Below, piece after piece: positions 63,130-64,000 of a stretch of 64,000 nucleotides of DNA (position 1 is the first letter of the stretch; each line of letters opens with the position of its first letter). A program made the position numbers and the translations under genes. The stretch spans positions 1-64,000 of the forward strand of contig MU057990.1 of NCBI GenBank assembly GCA_013265495.1, read 5' to 3'. Under the pieces are notes generated by a model. That model worked only from the letters and a program-made list of their open reading frames with translations. It had not been told where the DNA came from and ran no database searches. This DNA comes from Vicugna vicugna (taxonomy: Eukaryota).

Positions 63130-63398
63130 TGGGGAGAAGGTACAGCTCAGTGGTAGAGCATGTACTTAGCATGCACAGGATCCTGGGTTCATTCCCCAGT
63201 ATCTCCATTAATACATACATATATACAAATAAACTTAATTACCCCACCTTAAAAAAGCTTTAAGAAGGTTCAATTTTATTTAAAAGTTAACAAAAATTTG
63301 TATATGTATGACTGAAACATTATGCTATACACCAGAAATTGATACAACACTGTAAACTGACTATACTTTAGTAAAAAGAATGCAAATTTAAAAAATTA
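63130..63398 (+). mobile_element. Camelid-type SINE followed by an L1 3' tail within one TSD
   Basis: SINE 63131-63255; L1 tail 63299-63398; aatggttctc at 63117-63126 and 63399-63408. Confidence 0.8.
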
Positions 63399-63667
63399 AA
63401 TGGTTCTCTATTAACCCCTTCCTCTTCATTTCTATCCTAATTCAGGCCCTGATTCCCTCTGACCTGGATGACTAGTCAGACCTCCTAGCTTCTTTTTCCT
63501 GACTACAGCTTCTCCTTCCCTAGTCTATCCTATAGTTCACTGCCAGACTGACCTTCCTGAGATGCTGCTTTGATCCTGTTTCCCTCTGCCTTGGAATCTG
63601 TAATGAGTCTATTTTCTGCTGAAGCAAGGCCAAGCTCTCCTGCCTGACCTTCAGCTCCCTCTAAATC

Positions 63668-63978
63668 ATCTCTGTCCAATAATGCCAGCCACACACAACA
63701 TTTACAGTTTTCTAGTAGCCACATGAAAAAGTAAAAATAAACAGGTGAAACTTTTAATAGGATATTTCATTTAGCTGAAAAATTTCAAAACATTATCATT
63801 TCAACAGGTAGTCAATACAAAAATAATGAGATATTTTCATTCCTTTTTGTTGTTCTAAGTCCTCAAAGGCCCCTGTGAATTTTACACTTACATCACGTCA
63901 CAAGTCAGCCTAGCCATGTTTCAAGTGCTTGGTACCCACATGTGCCTGAGGGCTAATGTATCAGGTAGTGTAACTGTG
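63668..63978. mobile_element. MER33-like MITE, opposite orientation to the 53.8-kb copy
   Basis: ctgtccaata...ttttctagtagccacat...aacattatcatttcaaca...ttttacacttaca...tagccatgtttcaagtgct. Confidence 0.75.
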
Positions 63979-64000
63979 CCCCTATAACTGTCCATTGTCA

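Noticed and set aside
1..64000. CRISPR arrays, operons, rRNA or prokaryotic systems
   Set aside because: Sequence is mammalian; no regularly spaced repeat-spacer array or rRNA similarity seen.

Overview
Mammalian genomic DNA, most likely camelid: at least eight copies of a tRNA-Ala-derived SINE of the camelid type and cetartiodactyl-type L1 3' ends are present. The one protein-coding gene I can support is the 5' end of INTS6L (DDX26B; X-linked in eutherians) on the + strand: CpG-island promoter at about 44.7-46.3 kb, coding exon 1 (45117-45227), exon 2 (45369-45446), then a long intron 2 running off the window. The first 44 kb is repeat-rich intergenic sequence: L1, L2, MIR, MaLR/ERVL LTRs, hAT MITEs, a 5'-truncated EEF1A1 processed pseudogene, and a second unexplained CpG-rich patch at about 1.55-2.7 kb. 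The most unusual observations are: (i) a 910-bp mosaic retro-insertion headed by the SINE and bounded by one 13-bp target-site duplication (TSD), plus a second SINE-L1-tail chimera; (ii) a 390-bp non-tandem local duplication; (iii) a frame-preserving, stop-free INTS6L intron 1; (iv) a candidate 12-nt poison microexon and a candidate recursive splice site in intron 2; (v) an AT-rich MITE with 25-bp inverted ends that I cannot assign. Repeat subfamily names come from my recall of consensus sequences and boundaries are approximate; no database search was run. Nearly all ORFs in the supplied track are spurious or repeat-derived.
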